Assembly: GCA_036785375.1 (NCBI GenBank)
Contig: JAWMAR010000085.1
Span: forward strand, 496,001-560,000
Length of the DNA stretch: 64,000 nucleotides
DNA from: Leucoraja ocellata
Lineage: Eukaryota
Reading direction: 5' to 3'
Position numbers and translations under genes: made by a program. The notes under the pieces are model-generated. The model did no database searches, was not told the DNA's origin, and was given only the letters and a program-made list of their open reading frames with translations. This document shows, piece after piece, positions 1 to 13,004 of the stretch (positions are counted from its first letter, which is position 1; every line of letters starts with the position of its first letter).

Positions 1-65
1 GTATTTTGTGTCTATCTTCGGTATAAACCAGCATCTGCTCCGACCTAGCTCTGTCTTACAAAGCA

Positions 66-346
66 GGGCAGCACAGTTGCGCAGTGGTGGAGCTACTGCC
101 TCACAGAGCCAGAGACCCGGGTTCAATCCAGACTACGGGTGCTGTCTGTGCAGAGATTATTCCTGTCTCCGCGTGGGTTTTCCCCGGGTGCTCCGGCTTC
201 CACCCACATCCCAAGGCATGCAGATTTGCAGGTTAAAGGTTTCTGTAAATTACCTCCTGGTGTGTAGGATGCGAAAGTGGGATTACATAAAATTAGTGTA
301 CGGGTGATCGATGTTTGGCCGATGGCTGTATCACTAAACTAAACTG
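66..346 (+). mobile_element. V-SINE (HE1-like) tRNA-derived SINE
   Basis: tRNA-like head (GCGCAGTGG...GGTTCAATCC), central GTGGGTTTTCCCCGGGTGCTCCGGCTTCC core, (CTAAA)n tail; about 20 related copies in the window. Confidence 0.85.
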
Positions 347-349
347 AAA

Positions 350-690
350 GTATGCGGTGGGGGAAGGGTGGAAGCTGGAGGCGAGAAAAGTCCAGGACCA
401 ATCAAGGCCAGCCAGAAATGACCTCAGACTGGGCATTGCCTGGTAAGCCATTTGTTGTCTAGGGAAGGTGCGATTTCAAGAGGGAAACAATATGGCAAAC
501 ATTGGAGCTAGTAAGACTACTGGGGTGGAGGAAGGGGGCAAGGGGGGGGGGGGGGGAGGAAGCGGTGGGGAGTGTAAGTAGAAGTTATATAAGATTAGAG
601 AATTCAATGTTCATACCACTGGGTTGTAAGCTACCCAAGTGAAATCTGAGGTGCTGTTCCTCCAATTTGCATGTGCCCTCACTCTTACCA
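350..690 (-). mobile_element. Penelope-like element 3' fragment
   Basis: Reverse complement of the GGAACAGCACCTCA...GGTAGCTTACAACCCAGTGGTATGAAC block that follows the GIY-YIG coding segments at 21245 and 36400. Confidence 0.65.
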
Positions 691-1258
691 CTGTTCCTCA
701 GTACGCCTGCCAATAACAAACTAAACTATTGGTCATTTTTACTGGAAACATATAAATGGAATTTACAATAGAACAACCTTATTCTAAAATATACGTTAAA
801 TAGATTGTGAAGAAGATCGTTATCATACTCCCTGATTTAGGGTCTTGAATCGAAACATCACCTATTCCTTTTCTCCAGAGATGCTGTCAGGACCCACTGA
901 ATTACTCCAGCACTTTGTGCCTATCTATAGTTATAATAAGATTCTAAATACATCTTAAATAGGCTTTACAACAACACACTGAATGGTTGTTGAGAGATGA
1001 CAAATGTGTGGTTGTTGTAATTGTTATTGGAACCTGATAATTTAAATTGAGTTAAATCCAGCAAGGACGTTTTTTATAAAGGATGAGCATCTCATTTTCT
1101 GTTTGCTTTAAATAATTTGCTAGGCTTCAGTGAGTTAGCCCGGGGCAACATTGTATTAACAATCTGTCCAACTGTGGACATTTAATTATATAAGAAATAG
1201 AAAGAGGACATCCTGCTGAAGCCAGCGCATCCATTTGATATGATTAGGGATGAAACTG

Positions 1259-1552
1259 TAGTTTAGTTTAAAGATACAGTGTGGAAACAGGCTCTTCGGC
1301 CCACCGAGTCTGTGCCGACCAGTGATCCCACACATTAACACTATCCTACACACTAGGCACAATTTACCATTAGACAGAAGCCAATTAACCTACAAACCTG
1401 TACTTCTTTGAAATGTGGAAGGAAACGGGAGATCCCTGAGAAAACCCACGCAGGTCACGGGGAGAACATACAAACTTTGTACAGACATCACCCGTAGTCA
1501 GGATAAAACCTGGGTCTCCGGCGCTGTAATGCAGCAACTCTACCGCTGCCCA
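1259..1552 (-). mobile_element. V-SINE copy
   Basis: Reverse-complement match to the SINE family, including the (TTTAG)n tail and GGAAACAGGC.CTTCGGCCC. Confidence 0.85.
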
Positions 1553-1645
1553 CAGTGATTCCTTATTAAAGTCCAAATATACCACATCTGTTCGTTCCAC
1601 TTTGTTATTTTCCTGAATACGGCCTCCAAACAAAAACACTCTTAA

Positions 1646-2176
1646 GTCCCTGTCCCACTTTCACGACCTAATTGGCAACCTCTGCCGAGTTTGCCCTTGG
1701 CTCATACTCACAGCATGGTCACCATGAGGTCGTAGGAGATCTTCGTAACTCTTCCTCGTGCTCGTGAGTCGTCTCTGCGTACTCGTGGCCTCAAGTGGGT
1801 CGTGGCATTTTTTCCAGCGTGATAAAAAATGTTCACGAGTAAAAAAAAGGTTGGTATGGAAAAAATGGATTATTTTTACTCATCGGTAGGTCGTAGGTAG
1901 GTCATGATGGTGGTCGTAGGTAGTCGTAGGTCAGTAATTGGCTCGAGAAAAAAATGCAGACATGACATCATTTTTATCATGTGATCATTTTCAACTAGTC
2001 GTAGTTGGTCTCAGGTGTGGAAGAGTGAGGTCGAGGGGGGTCGTAGACATAGTTGTAGGAGGTCATAGTCGTAGGAGGTCTTTTACTTTGCCGAGTCAAC
2101 ACGATCTTGACATTTTTTTCAACTCGTCTAGGGTCTTCTAAACTTGTGCCTTAGGTCGTCCAAGTGGGACAGACCT
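1646..2176. mobile_element. Non-autonomous TIR DNA transposon (MITE; PIF/Harbinger- or Kolobok-like)
   Basis: Imperfect TIR of about 25 bp: GTCCCTGTCCCACTTTCACGACCTAA on the left versus the reverse complement of TTAGGTCGTCCAAGTGGGACAGACC on the right; TTAA at 1642-1645 and 2178-2181; CpG-rich interior; no coding capacity. Confidence 0.75.
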
Positions 2177-2528
2177 TTTAAGGTGTTTTTTCCGCGCTAC
2201 ATAATTTTACCTTCACAAAAGCAAATAGTACTGGAGGAAGTCTGCTGTCCTGAGATTGCTGTCCCCATGTCCCTGGGCAATGCTTTTGCCTCCTGTGGTC
2301 TTCCGCTGATGCCAGCAGCTCAGGGGCTCTCTCAGCATGAGTGGCCTTCTGCATCCACACTGTTTTTGACAGTCAGTGAAGCGCTATCCTCCTAGGCTTC
2401 TACAAGCTGTTGAAAGCTGTCACTGTCAATGAATGTCCTTGACATTCACAGTCAAAACCATTTGGGACCCATCGAAAAATCCAGATTTTTTTTCTTGTTG
2501 AAGAAATTGAAGTTACCCGATTAAAAGT

Positions 2529-3392
2529 GTGTGTAGGCACACACACGCATACACGTATCGTTCATCGCTCACTCACTCACTAATCAGTCACTTACCCACC
2601 CACCCATCCACGTGCTCGCTCACTCCCTCGGACACACTCACTAAAGCTCACTCACACATTCATTCACACTCATGCTCAATCTTGTTCATTCTCACACACA
2701 TCCACTTCCACTCATGCTCACTCTGTCACTCACTCAACCACTCACATTGCTCTTACTCATGCTCACTCACCCACTCACACTCATGTTAACTCTCACTCAC
2801 ACCCACACTCATGCACACACACACCACTCGTGCACACTCACACCACTCATGCTCATTCACATTCACTCATCTTCACTCACACACACTCATCAACTCTCAC
2901 ATTCTCACTCTCACTCACCCACACACACCCACTCATGCTCGCACTCACACCCACTCATGCTCACACATGCTCACACTCACTCTCACTCACACCCACTCAT
3001 GCTCACCCTCACTCACACTCACACCGAATCATGCTCGCACTCACTCGCACCCACTCATGCTCACACTCACATGCTCACCCTCACTCACTCTCACTCACAC
3101 CCACTCATGCTCACCCTCACTCATTCTCACTCACACCCACTCATGCTCACCTTCACTCACTCACATTCACTCTTACCAGCTCACACTATTATGCTTACTC
3201 ACACCCACTCAAGCTCATTCTCACTTGCAGTCATGTTTACTCACACCCAGTCACGCTCATCCTCTCTCACACTCACTTTCACTCATACATGCTCACTTAC
3301 TCTCACTCATTCTCCCCTCTCACTCATCCACTCACACACTCACTTGCACTTATACTTGCTCACATGCACAAACACACCCCCCACACACATAC
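2529..3392. repeat. CA/CT-rich, G-poor minisatellite or low-complexity tract
   Basis: Recurrent CACTCACACCCACTCATGCTCAC units; explains the overlapping His/Thr/Ser/Leu ORFs. Confidence 0.9.
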
Positions 3393-4564
3393 AATTATTT
3401 TAACAATGAAATCAGGTTATAACTAAGCTACATTTACCTTTCTGTGATAGCTGAGTTCACCCAATCATTTTAATGAGTGCTTCAAGGCCCTATGGATAAT
3501 ATTCCCAGCCTTAAAGCTGATAACTAGTGCGAGCACTTTATTGAGTGGAAGGCTGCCTTCAACCTTTGTGGAGGAGAAGCCCGGTTAATTTCTTATTTGG
3601 CAATATATCCAGGTATATTTCTGTGGAAATTCTGCCCCATTTAAATTTTCGAAGTATTCCGGTAGATCTTTCTCATTGACGGGTTCCAGCATTTTGTCAT
3701 CAAATGGTAGTCAATAGTTTTTGTCTCTCCTTTCTTTCTTAAGCAGTGAGGTTAAATTTGCTATCTTCCAATTTTCTGTAACCATGGAAATTTGGAAGAT
3801 CAGCATTAATGCATTTGCTCACTACATCTTTTAGAATCCTGGATATAGGGTGGTAGGGACTTAACTGATTTAAGCACTGCTAAATTCTGTGGGGAAAAAA
3901 CCTTTCCACAAAGTACCTGTATTGTGTACAGTATGTTATTAATTGTGACTACTTTTAAATACTGGAATTTTCAGTGGTGAATCCTTTGACCGAACTTGTG
4001 TTTACGCCAAACAGAAAGATTGGAAATAGGATGGGGAAAGATACAAACCTAAAATATTATAATCTCATATTCCAGAATAATGACAAAAAAATGAGAATAT
4101 CGAAGGCAAGGATTTCATGGTTGATGACATTTCCAGTTACAAAACAGGCTCCAGATTTGTCCTCATGATCATTGTAAAATAATGCTCATGTTAATATTGA
4201 CCAAATTGAAGACACTATAAAATGGAGGATCCCTGCATTTGTCAGATTTGCTTAACCTTTGTCCGTGGAAAATTACAGGCTGTGAGCAAGTCTGAGCCCT
4301 AGATTGATATGCAGGATGGTGAAAGATCCAGATGTCCTCCCAATTGATAAAATGTATGAGGACCCTGCAAAGAAACTTCAAGGTGTTATAAATGTATTGC
4401 TTTGATTGGATTGCTGCCAAGGGATGGTAAATAATGTTAATAATGTTGCAGGACAGTTATCCTGCTGTTTGATGATTGGCTGGTGTGAAGCCCTGAATGA
4501 ATTGTTTGTACTGCCAGGGTAAATGTTGCATTATTCAGTTAGCTGACTTAATTCCAGAAGCTGT

Positions 4565-4958
4565 TGTAGAAACATTGTTTGGGACTCTTTGTAATTGGGT
4601 TGGGGGACTGTCAATAATGCCTTAATGTAATGGATATGTGTGATTGGCTGGTAAGGAGCACGCCACCCCTATGTAGTTTGGCCCCTCAGGGTTCATTGAC
4701 CTATAAAAGGTAGCCCCGACTAGGATCGTGGTCGATCTTCTGGAAGGGCGCTTGGGACTGCATGACCTTTTCGTAGTGTCTGCTTGCATGAAGCTGAAAG
4801 GCTTGGCCAGGCAGAGACAAGGATCGAACCCGCGGTGGTTTTGCTATCGTATAGGGGGATTTGTTGTTCATTCAAAAATAAAGTTTAGTTGGTCCAGTGC
4901 GTGACTCAGTGTTTTACTGAACTAGACTAAGGGGGTAAGCATTAGGAGCATATTTACA
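4565..4958 (+). mobile_element. Putative solo LTR (family A)
   Basis: TGTAG...TTTACA ends, TATAAAAGG near 4702, AATAAA near 4877; homologous to 24270-24664; no convincing TSD. Confidence 0.65.
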
Positions 4959-5439
4959 CACAGATACAATGAAAGCAAAGAATGGTAATAAAAGAAAATG
5001 ATCCAGATCAGATTCAGGTTAGTTTCTCATATACACCATGGTGCAATGAAACTCCTTGGTTCGCATGAAGCTCTTAGAGTTATCAGTAGACATGTTCAGA
5101 AGAAAATATTGTTGTACAACCTAACGTGGTGAAAAACAAAATGAGGTGCATAATGGAATGAGGTGGAGTTAAGACCAAGAATATGAGAGACAGCACCTCT
5201 GGCAATGTGGTGGGAAAGAGGTAAGGAGTCTAAAGAGTCCTTGGTTCATGAGTAAAAATAATGGAGAAACTGTTCAAAATCTGGACACCCAGTCTTTCAA
5301 ACTCCTTATCTTCTCCCAGAGGGGAAGGTGAATGGATTAGGTGGAAAGCATCCTTGATAATACTTTCAGCCTTCCTAGTGCAATGCAGTGAAGGTGGACA
5401 GGATAGAATGAATGATGGACCGCGAAAAGGCCAGAACAA

Positions 5440-5765
5440 ATCGGGGCTATCACCCCACCTTAGTCGTCCTACCAGTTCCACTGGTCGCATCCTTTGATCC
5501 CTCTTGTTATCGCATCTTCCCCAGCCAACAATGGGACATTGTGGGCTCCATCCTTCCTGAGGTAATCTGTTGCCAGCTCTGATTTGTTCTGGCCTTTTCC
5601 AACCTCCTGTTTATTTCACCACCCCCTCCCCCCCCCCCCCCCCTCCCCCAACTTCTACTTTTCCACTGTGTTCGCCAGAAATGCTGCCCAACCCACCGAG
5701 GTACTCCAGCATTTTGTGCCTGTCTTCAATATGAACCAACATCTGCAGTTCCTTCCTACACAATA
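5440..5765 (+). mobile_element. Penelope-like 3' fragment
   Basis: CAGCCAACAATG...GTGGGCTC block, poly-C tract and TACTCCAGCATTTTGTG tail shared with other copies. Confidence 0.6.
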
Positions 5766-6207
5766 CTTTTGGAGACATCACTTTCTAAGTGTTGTGAGCA
5801 AAATCATAAACTTACTCCAGCATTTGTATTTATCTTCGGAACAAACTCTGTTTGTTGAGAGTTGCCATTGTTTGTCCTTGTTTCGAATTGTCATCTCAGG
5901 AGTTCCAATCGTTATGGGACAATGCACATTGCCTGATTGCATGTGTAGTCGGGGCGCACGCCTATCATGCACAACAACTTGTAAATCATGTGCATGAAAT
6001 ACACGTCTTCATAGCCCGAGTTGAAAATGGCGCAGACCAACTATATAGCAGCATTAATTTCTGGGCTTTGTACCTGAAAGCTGGAAAAGATTTATATATG
6101 TTCAATGTGGGATGAAAAAAATCTGTTTAAAATGAGGATAAATTCGCTTGCGGGGCATTAAAATTAAGGAAACTGGATAAGTAACAAAGTACTTATACTT
6201 AATATAA

Positions 6208-6520
6208 GGGTGGCACAGTCGTGCAGGTGGTTGAGCTGCTGTCTCACAGCACTAGAGACCTGGGATTGATCCTGACCTTGTGTGGAGTTTGCATTCCCTC
6301 CCTGTGATCGCGTGGGATTTCTTCGGTTGCTCTGGTTTCATCCCATGTCCCACACAGATGGGAGGGTTTATAGGTTATTTGTGCTCTGTAAATTGCCCCT
6401 AACGTGGAGGGAGTGGATGAGAACGTGTTATAACATAGAGCTAGTGTGAATGGGCGATTGATGACAGGCATGAACTCAGTGGGCTGAAGGGGCCAGATTC
6501 GCTGTTCTATCTTTAAACTG
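6208..6520 (+). mobile_element. V-SINE copy
   Basis: Diverged full-length family match. Confidence 0.8.
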
Positions 6521-7245
6521 TATTAAAAATAGCATTATGAAGACTTATATAACAGGGGCATTGTTTGAACCAAGCAAATGTGAACATTTTAAAACCTTTG
6601 TGGTCGGATCCCTTCTCATCTGAAATTACACGGGAAAATACAAGGTATGTAAAGTCCATTAAATTATTCCTTCTAAAACATTGTTAGTGTTACAAAAGCC
6701 AAATCTACAAAAGATAAATCACTTAATTATAGGGTAATTGAATTCTTGTACAATACAAGTAGCAAAGAACAAGCCATAAATTTATTACACTGAAAGGTTG
6801 TGTACATCATTAGAAAAATAGTCAGCTTGGCATCAATAGAAATCTATAATTATATCCATCACAACAGCAGTAAAATTTAGAGATAATCCCCATAAATCTC
6901 AAATCTTGAAGTCAAATCGTATCATGTACATGAGCAATGCTAAAGTAGAGCTATACACACGGACTCGTATAATTAGAACAATTAGGTTTAACTATGAAGA
7001 TCATTAATAAAGATGTGAACACCCTATTTCTTGTGTCTGCATGCTTGCATTTCTTACATTTCTATGTGCTTGTGAAGAAAAATAATCCAAACTTTTAAAG
7101 TGATTTTAAATAGTCCTTTGGGTTACCAGCTCCATTGTTCATCTGCCACCTACAAACGCCCCCACCTCCATATTTCAGCATGAGCAAAAATAGTTTTGGG
7201 GTCAATCATGTTGCTACACCTGATCAAATAATCTAGTTTGACAGA

Positions 7246-7556
7246 GGGTGCAGTGGTGCGGCAGTAGAGTTACTGCCTGACAGCGCCAGAGACCCGGATT
7301 CGATCCTGACTACATGTGCTGACTGCACAGTAATTTTTTGTTCTCCCTGTGTCTGCGTGGGTTTTCTCTGGGTGCTCTGGTTTCCCCTCACACTCCAAAG
7401 ACATACACGTTTGTAGCTTAATTGGTTTTGGTAACATTGTAAATTGTTCCTAGTGTGTAGAATAGTGATGGTGTACGGGATGATCGTGAGTTGGCGTAGA
7501 CTCGGTGGGCCGAAGTGCTTATTTCCACACTGTATCTCTAAACTAAACTGAACTAA
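7246..7556 (+). mobile_element. V-SINE copy
   Basis: A/B-box-like head, conserved core and (CTAAA)n tail. Confidence 0.85.
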
Positions 7557-7925
7557 GATATTGCACAATTTTACTAAAAATCCTCTTTATTTTGCCTTTC
7601 TTTTGGTAAAGCAAATTCATCACATGGCATTTAGAGTCCATTTGGAATCATTCCATCTGTTCTTCTGAGAACTTTCTCCAATATACTATGTATTCCTTAT
7701 TTTTGTGTTTTCCCTATCTCATCAAATTCTCAAGGTACCCCTGGAGCTCAATGCTTTGTTATAACATCTCATTCAGAAGCAGAGCATCCTTTTTTTGTCC
7801 ACCTTTATTTTTGACCTCTACATCCAGTAGGTTTTTTTAACTAGAGCCAAGGTTAAATTTGTTCAAACCTCAACTGTTTTTCAAGTGAAAGATTTACAAC
7901 AGTTGAACAATGATTGGCAACAAAT

Positions 7926-8226
7926 TTAGTTTGGTTTAGTTCAGAGATACAGCGCGGAAACAGGCCCTTCGGCCCACCGTGTCCGTGCCGACCAGCGATC
8001 ACTCCATGCACACCATTATCCTACACACACTAGGGACAATTTACATTTTTTCCTGAAGCTAATCAACCTACAAACCTGCATGTCCTTGGAGTGTGGGAGG
8101 AAACCGGAGAACCCACATTGTCACAGGGAGAACGTACAAACTCTGTAAAGGCAGCACTCTTCATCAGGATTGAACCCGGGTCTCTGGTGCTGTATGGCAG
8201 CAACTCCACTGTTGCACCACTGTGCC
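7926..8226 (-). mobile_element. V-SINE copy
   Basis: Reverse-complement family match. Confidence 0.85.
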
Positions 8227-9097
8227 AGCCCACTGCAATACTGTGCTTCCCCTTATTTAGTGCATGAAACCTTTGAACAACAAGTAGGTGATTACCGCCT
8301 ACCAAAATATTCACCCAGCTGGAGCAGCAACAGTGTGATTCCTTATTCCAATACTTTGAATTACAGCTGGGCAGAATCCAGTACATTTCTTTTGAAATCA
8401 TATATTTTTCTTATGGTCAACAGCCACATTTAAGCTGGAAAAAACCTTGACTACAGCTGTGAGGAATGCAGACAGCGAGTGCTTTTGTGACGCTGGAGAA
8501 CAATCTCCTCCTGTTTCCTTTCTTGTCCTGTTACCAAAGATATATTTTATTCATTCAAGAACTGAACTTGCACCATCTTAGGTTTACTTTCAATAAAATG
8601 CCCTGAATTAGTACGGAAAGTAAAAAATGGTTGGCAAAGAAGAAAATAGCCAAGGCAGCCTTAATTTATAAAATGTCCAAAGGATCATTAAGTTCAGTTC
8701 ATGCCCTGCAGGAAGTGATGTACAGGTGCTCGCATTCTGCAACAGTCTGATAAGCACATTGCCCACATACAATCAGCAGCATTGTTATTGAAAGGAAGCT
8801 TCAAAATTGCATGACTGAAATACTGAACATCAGCATGATTTCTCTACTTTAATCATGTGTAAGCAAGAGACGTGCCTCTCTCAATGCTAAATTAATTTTA
8901 AGTAAGTTGCAGACTTTCACAGAACGTGGTTCAGTTAAGTAAAACCAATTCACATCAATAGCAGATATTTTAAATGCACCATTTTAATATTGTGAACTTT
9001 TTTGGGAATGAAATCTCCAAGGAGGCAATCAGTGGGAGGTTTAATCTGTACCACAATGTGTAAGGTATCAGAGATTTCAACTGTGTTTTGTTTCTTA

Positions 9098-9700
9098 TCA
9101 GATTCAGATTCAGATTCAGTATTTATTGTCATTGTGCAGTGCACAGTGCAGAGACAATGAAATGCAGTTAGCATCTCACCCAGAAGAGCAAACATAGAAT
9201 AATGGAACAGTAAAATATATATATGTACATACAGTAGCAGTAGTGCAATTTTTCTGGGGGAAGGAGAGTCCGGGGGAGGGGGAGGGGGGGGGGGGGTGTT
9301 GGGGTGGAGGGAATGACTGGCAATCACCAAGGTGCAGAGTTAAGTTGTGTAACAGCCACAGGGAAGAAGCTGTTCCTGAACCTGCTGGTCTGGCAACGGA
9401 GAGACCTGTAGCGCCTTCCGGATGGGAGGAGGGTAAACAGTCCATGGTTGGGGTGAGAGCAGTCCTTGACAATGCTGCGTGCCCTTCGCAGACATCGCTT
9501 GCTCTGGACAGACTCAATGGAGGGGAGTGAGGAACCGGTGATGCGTTGGGCAGTTTTCACCACTCTCTGCAAGGCTTTCCGGTCGGAGACAGAGCAGTTA
9601 CCATACCATACTGTGATACAGTTGGTAAGGATGCTTTCGATGGTGCAGCGGTAGGAGTTCACCAGAATCTGAGGAGACAGATGGACCTTCTTTGCTCTCC
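9098..9700 (-). mobile_element. Rex1/Babar-type LINE, 5'-truncated (RT C-terminal region and 3' UTR)
   Basis: ORF 9324-9725 reads YRCTIESILTNCITVWYGNC...LQRVVKTAQRITG...HPNHGLFTLLPSGRRYRS...RFRNSFFP; (CTGAAT)n tail at 9098-9118. Confidence 0.85.
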
Positions 9701-10030
9701 ACTTAATATGTTTCGCACCCATCATAAAGTTTATTTTTTCCCTCTAGGCAGAGAATGCATGACTTACTTTGATCTATGCAATGAGCTTCCTCTTGAGGCA
9801 GTAAGTCTGCAAATCTCTGCAGATGCAATAGTAAATTGTCCACACTGCATCACACTTTTGCCACATATTAGGAGCATAAACAATGTTTTTTTCTCCGTGT
9901 TTACATTTAACACTGCGTTGTATTTTTTATTCTTCTTGCTGATCGCTAAGATGTACATGACTATGAATATTTGAATCGTGATAATAGCAGCACCCGAACT
10001 CGTTGCCACTCACAGTTCCATTGAATAGAA

Positions 10031-10441
10031 GGCGGCACAGTGGCGCTGTGGTAGAGTTCCTGCCTTACAATGCCAGAGACCCAGGTTTGATCTTGATTAC
10101 GGGTGCTGTTTGTACAGGGTTTGTACGTTCTCCCCTTAACTGTGGGTTTTCTCCCAGTGCTCTGGCTTCCTCCTATACTCCAAAGATATACAAGTTTGTA
10201 GGTAGACACAAAATACTGGAGTAACTTAACGGGTCAGACAGCATCTCTGCAGAAAAGAAATAGTTGACGTTTCTGGTCGAGAGCCCTCTTCAGACTCCTA
10301 CAGAGGTTTGTAAAAATCATAAATTGTCCCTCGTTAGTGTGTAGGATAGTGCCAGTGTATGGGGTGAGTGATGGTCGTCACAGATTCAGTGCACCGAAGA
10401 GCCTGTTTACATGGTGTGTCTCTAAACTAAACTAAACTAAA
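10031..10441 (+). mobile_element. V-SINE interrupted by a Penelope-tail fragment (about 10204-10297, minus strand)
   Basis: SINE halves flank GACACAAAATACTGGAGTAACT...CTTCAGAC. Confidence 0.75.
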
Positions 10442-11789
10442 ATATTATTGACCACCAAAAGGGTTCTATAATTTTTTAGGTCACTTAAGAACTTCTGAAT
10501 GTACTAACCACGCAATTTGTCTATTCATTATGGATTTTATGCCGCGCTGAAATAAACTACTTTCAAAAAGCACGTGCATTGTCCCAATCCCTCCCTCTCG
10601 GCTTCCTAAAACCCCAAATTACTCTCCATCCATTTTCTATTGTAATTCACACAATAAAGCAGCTCTGCATTTGTGTGCAGTGAATTAAATCTGTTGGAAG
10701 TCACCCTGGTTACATGAAGTAAAAGCTTTTATTGCTTCTAGTGCAATTGGATTGCCCTTCAAGCGTTTTCACAGCACAGCCTGCTCCTCTCTTAAGTATA
10801 ACTTTCCAATGTGTACTTTTATACATTTCCCTCGATATATATTCTTGAAACAAGACCATTTACAGTAAAATATGTGAAGTGTTATCTAGGAAAATATGAC
10901 TGACTTGCAGCAATCGTTACATTTTCTTTGAGTGGTCATGGATTGTAATAACCCATTCAATGTCAAATTATAATACTCTACCTGAAAAAATCATTACTTT
11001 AATTGAAAAATATTTTTTTCCAATTTTGATTCTGCTATATTGTGAGCAAGTTTATGAATATCTTGTATTCCTCAAGGCCTGAAGCAACAATAACATAGCA
11101 GAATGTGAATTAACTGAGGGATTTTTGAGATATGTAGATATTTAATTGAGTGTTTTTTTTATTTTTTATGGTGATAGCTTGTGTGTTTTTTTACCTCGGG
11201 GATAGTCACTTGCATTAGGTAGCTGGTTGTGGAGTGTAAACTTGAAATTTGAGGTGCATCTGTGTATGATGAGATTTTAATAGGTTGGTTTTATCTGGAT
11301 GGTGTAAATAATCAGATTGTCAGCTTTAGTTAGAGCTAACTACAGTAGGTGACATCCTGACCATGTGGAACATGACTCTTCGATGGTTTGATGTTTAGAT
11401 TAGTTTAGAGATACAGCACGGAAACAGGCCCTTTGGCCCACCGATTCAACACTGACCATTGATGCGTAGGAAGGAACGGCAGTTGCTGGTTTAAACCGAA
11501 GATTGGCCTAAAAAAGCTGGAGTAACTCAATGGGACAGGCAGCATTTCTGGAGAGCATGGATAGGTGACGTTTCAAGTTGGAACCCTTCTTCAGACTAAT
11601 CATGTTCAGCTCATCCATAATCATAAACAGATAATACTTATCTAGTCTGAAGAAGGGTCCCTTCTCAAAACGTCACCGATCCCTGTTCTCCAAAGATGCT
11701 CATTGGTTCGATGGTTCTTTATTGTCAGGTATACACAGCACAATGACATGTTTTTGCACAACACACAAATGCACTGTAAATGATGACCA

Positions 11790-12310
11790 AACATAGACTG
11801 GGCGATCGTTTCACTGAACACCTTTGCTCAGTCCAACTGGATCTTCCTCGTCTCCAATTGCCAATTACTTTATTCCCCTTCCCATTCCCACATTGACCTT
11901 TCTGTCCAAGGCCTCCTCCATTGTCGGAGTGAGGCTAAACGCAAATTGGAGAAACAGCATCTCATATTTCGCTTGGGCAGCTTACAACCTGGTGGAATGA
12001 ATATTGATTTCTCTAACTTCAAGTAACCCCGGCATTCCCACTCTCTCTATCCCTCCCCCACCCAAGTTGCACCAGGGTCTCGTTCTCATCTGGCAAACGG
12101 CTAACAATGGCCTGTTTCCTTTATCATCATTACTTTTTTGAATATATTTAATTCATTTGTGTTGTATATCTCTACACCATCATCTATATCTCCCATTTCT
12201 ATCTCCCCTGACTCTAATCTGAAGAAGGGTCTAGACCCGAAATGTCACCCATTCCTTCTCTCTGGAGATGCTGCCTGTCCTGCTGAGTTACTCCAGCATT
12301 TTGTGTCTCT
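11790..12310 (+). mobile_element. Penelope-like fragment (end of GIY-YIG region plus tail)
   Basis: LGDRFTEHL-like coding remnant (GGCGATCGTTTCACTGAACAC) followed by the shared tail. Confidence 0.75.
12219..12246 (+). ncRNA. Minimal type I hammerhead ribozyme motif (Penelope-associated)
   Basis: CTGAAGA-A-GGGTC-TA-GACCC-GAAA-TGTC gives the CUGANGA box, stem II, GAAA box and a GUC triplet. Confidence 0.6.
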
Positions 12311-12544
12311 CCTCACTTTTCTTTGCTCCATTTATGCCCATCAGCATCATTGATAATGATTGCACCATCTCCCCCGATGAATCAGTGGCAGAGGTTCATC
12401 ACACATTCCAACACTATCATGCAGAGAATGGTGTGATTTCCCCCTCCCTTCACCACCTCCAGTTTAAATTCCATTTGGAATATTTTGGAGGACCAAGAAA
12501 CCAAGAACCAAGAACCAATCCATGTACCTGTTCTTATGACTGAT

Positions 12545-12613
12545 AAATGTTGTGAGAGTACCTGCCTCAACTATCTCCTCTGGCAATTCGCTCCACACAC
12601 CTACCACTTTTGT

Positions 12614-12649
<36 letters not shown>

Positions 12650-12735
12650 GCCCCTCAGGTTCCTGTTAAATCTTTTGCCTCTCACCTTCAACCTGTGCCC
12701 TTTGGTTCTCGATTTTCCCTATTCTGGGTCAAAGT
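12545..12735 (-). mobile_element. CR1-clade LINE 3' fragment with an expanded A/T homopolymer
   Basis: Minus strand reads KVRGKRFNRNLRGNFF...VVGVWSELPEEIVEAGT; long poly-A on the plus strand at about 12618-12646. Confidence 0.75.
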
Positions 12736-13004
12736 AGGGGAAGACCAACCTAATTTTATTTCACCAATTTCTCAATTTTCATGAGTTTGCGTGTGTTGGA
12801 ATATATGTTTCAACAGGAAGTTAGTCCAAAGTGCAGTAGTGTTCAGTAGTGGCACTCTGGAAGATTGATCAATAATACCTATTCCAAGAGATGTTATAAG
12901 TGTCACATATTTACTATCCCAGGTACCTCCGTTGTTCACCCTAAGTGCCAGTTGCCAAGTCTTACTCAATCTACTTATGTGACCCATTAAAAAGTCACCC
13001 ACCT

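Noticed and set aside
2529-3426. Long His/Thr/Ser-rich ORFs in three frames
   Set aside because: Artefact of a G-poor minisatellite that lacks stop codons.
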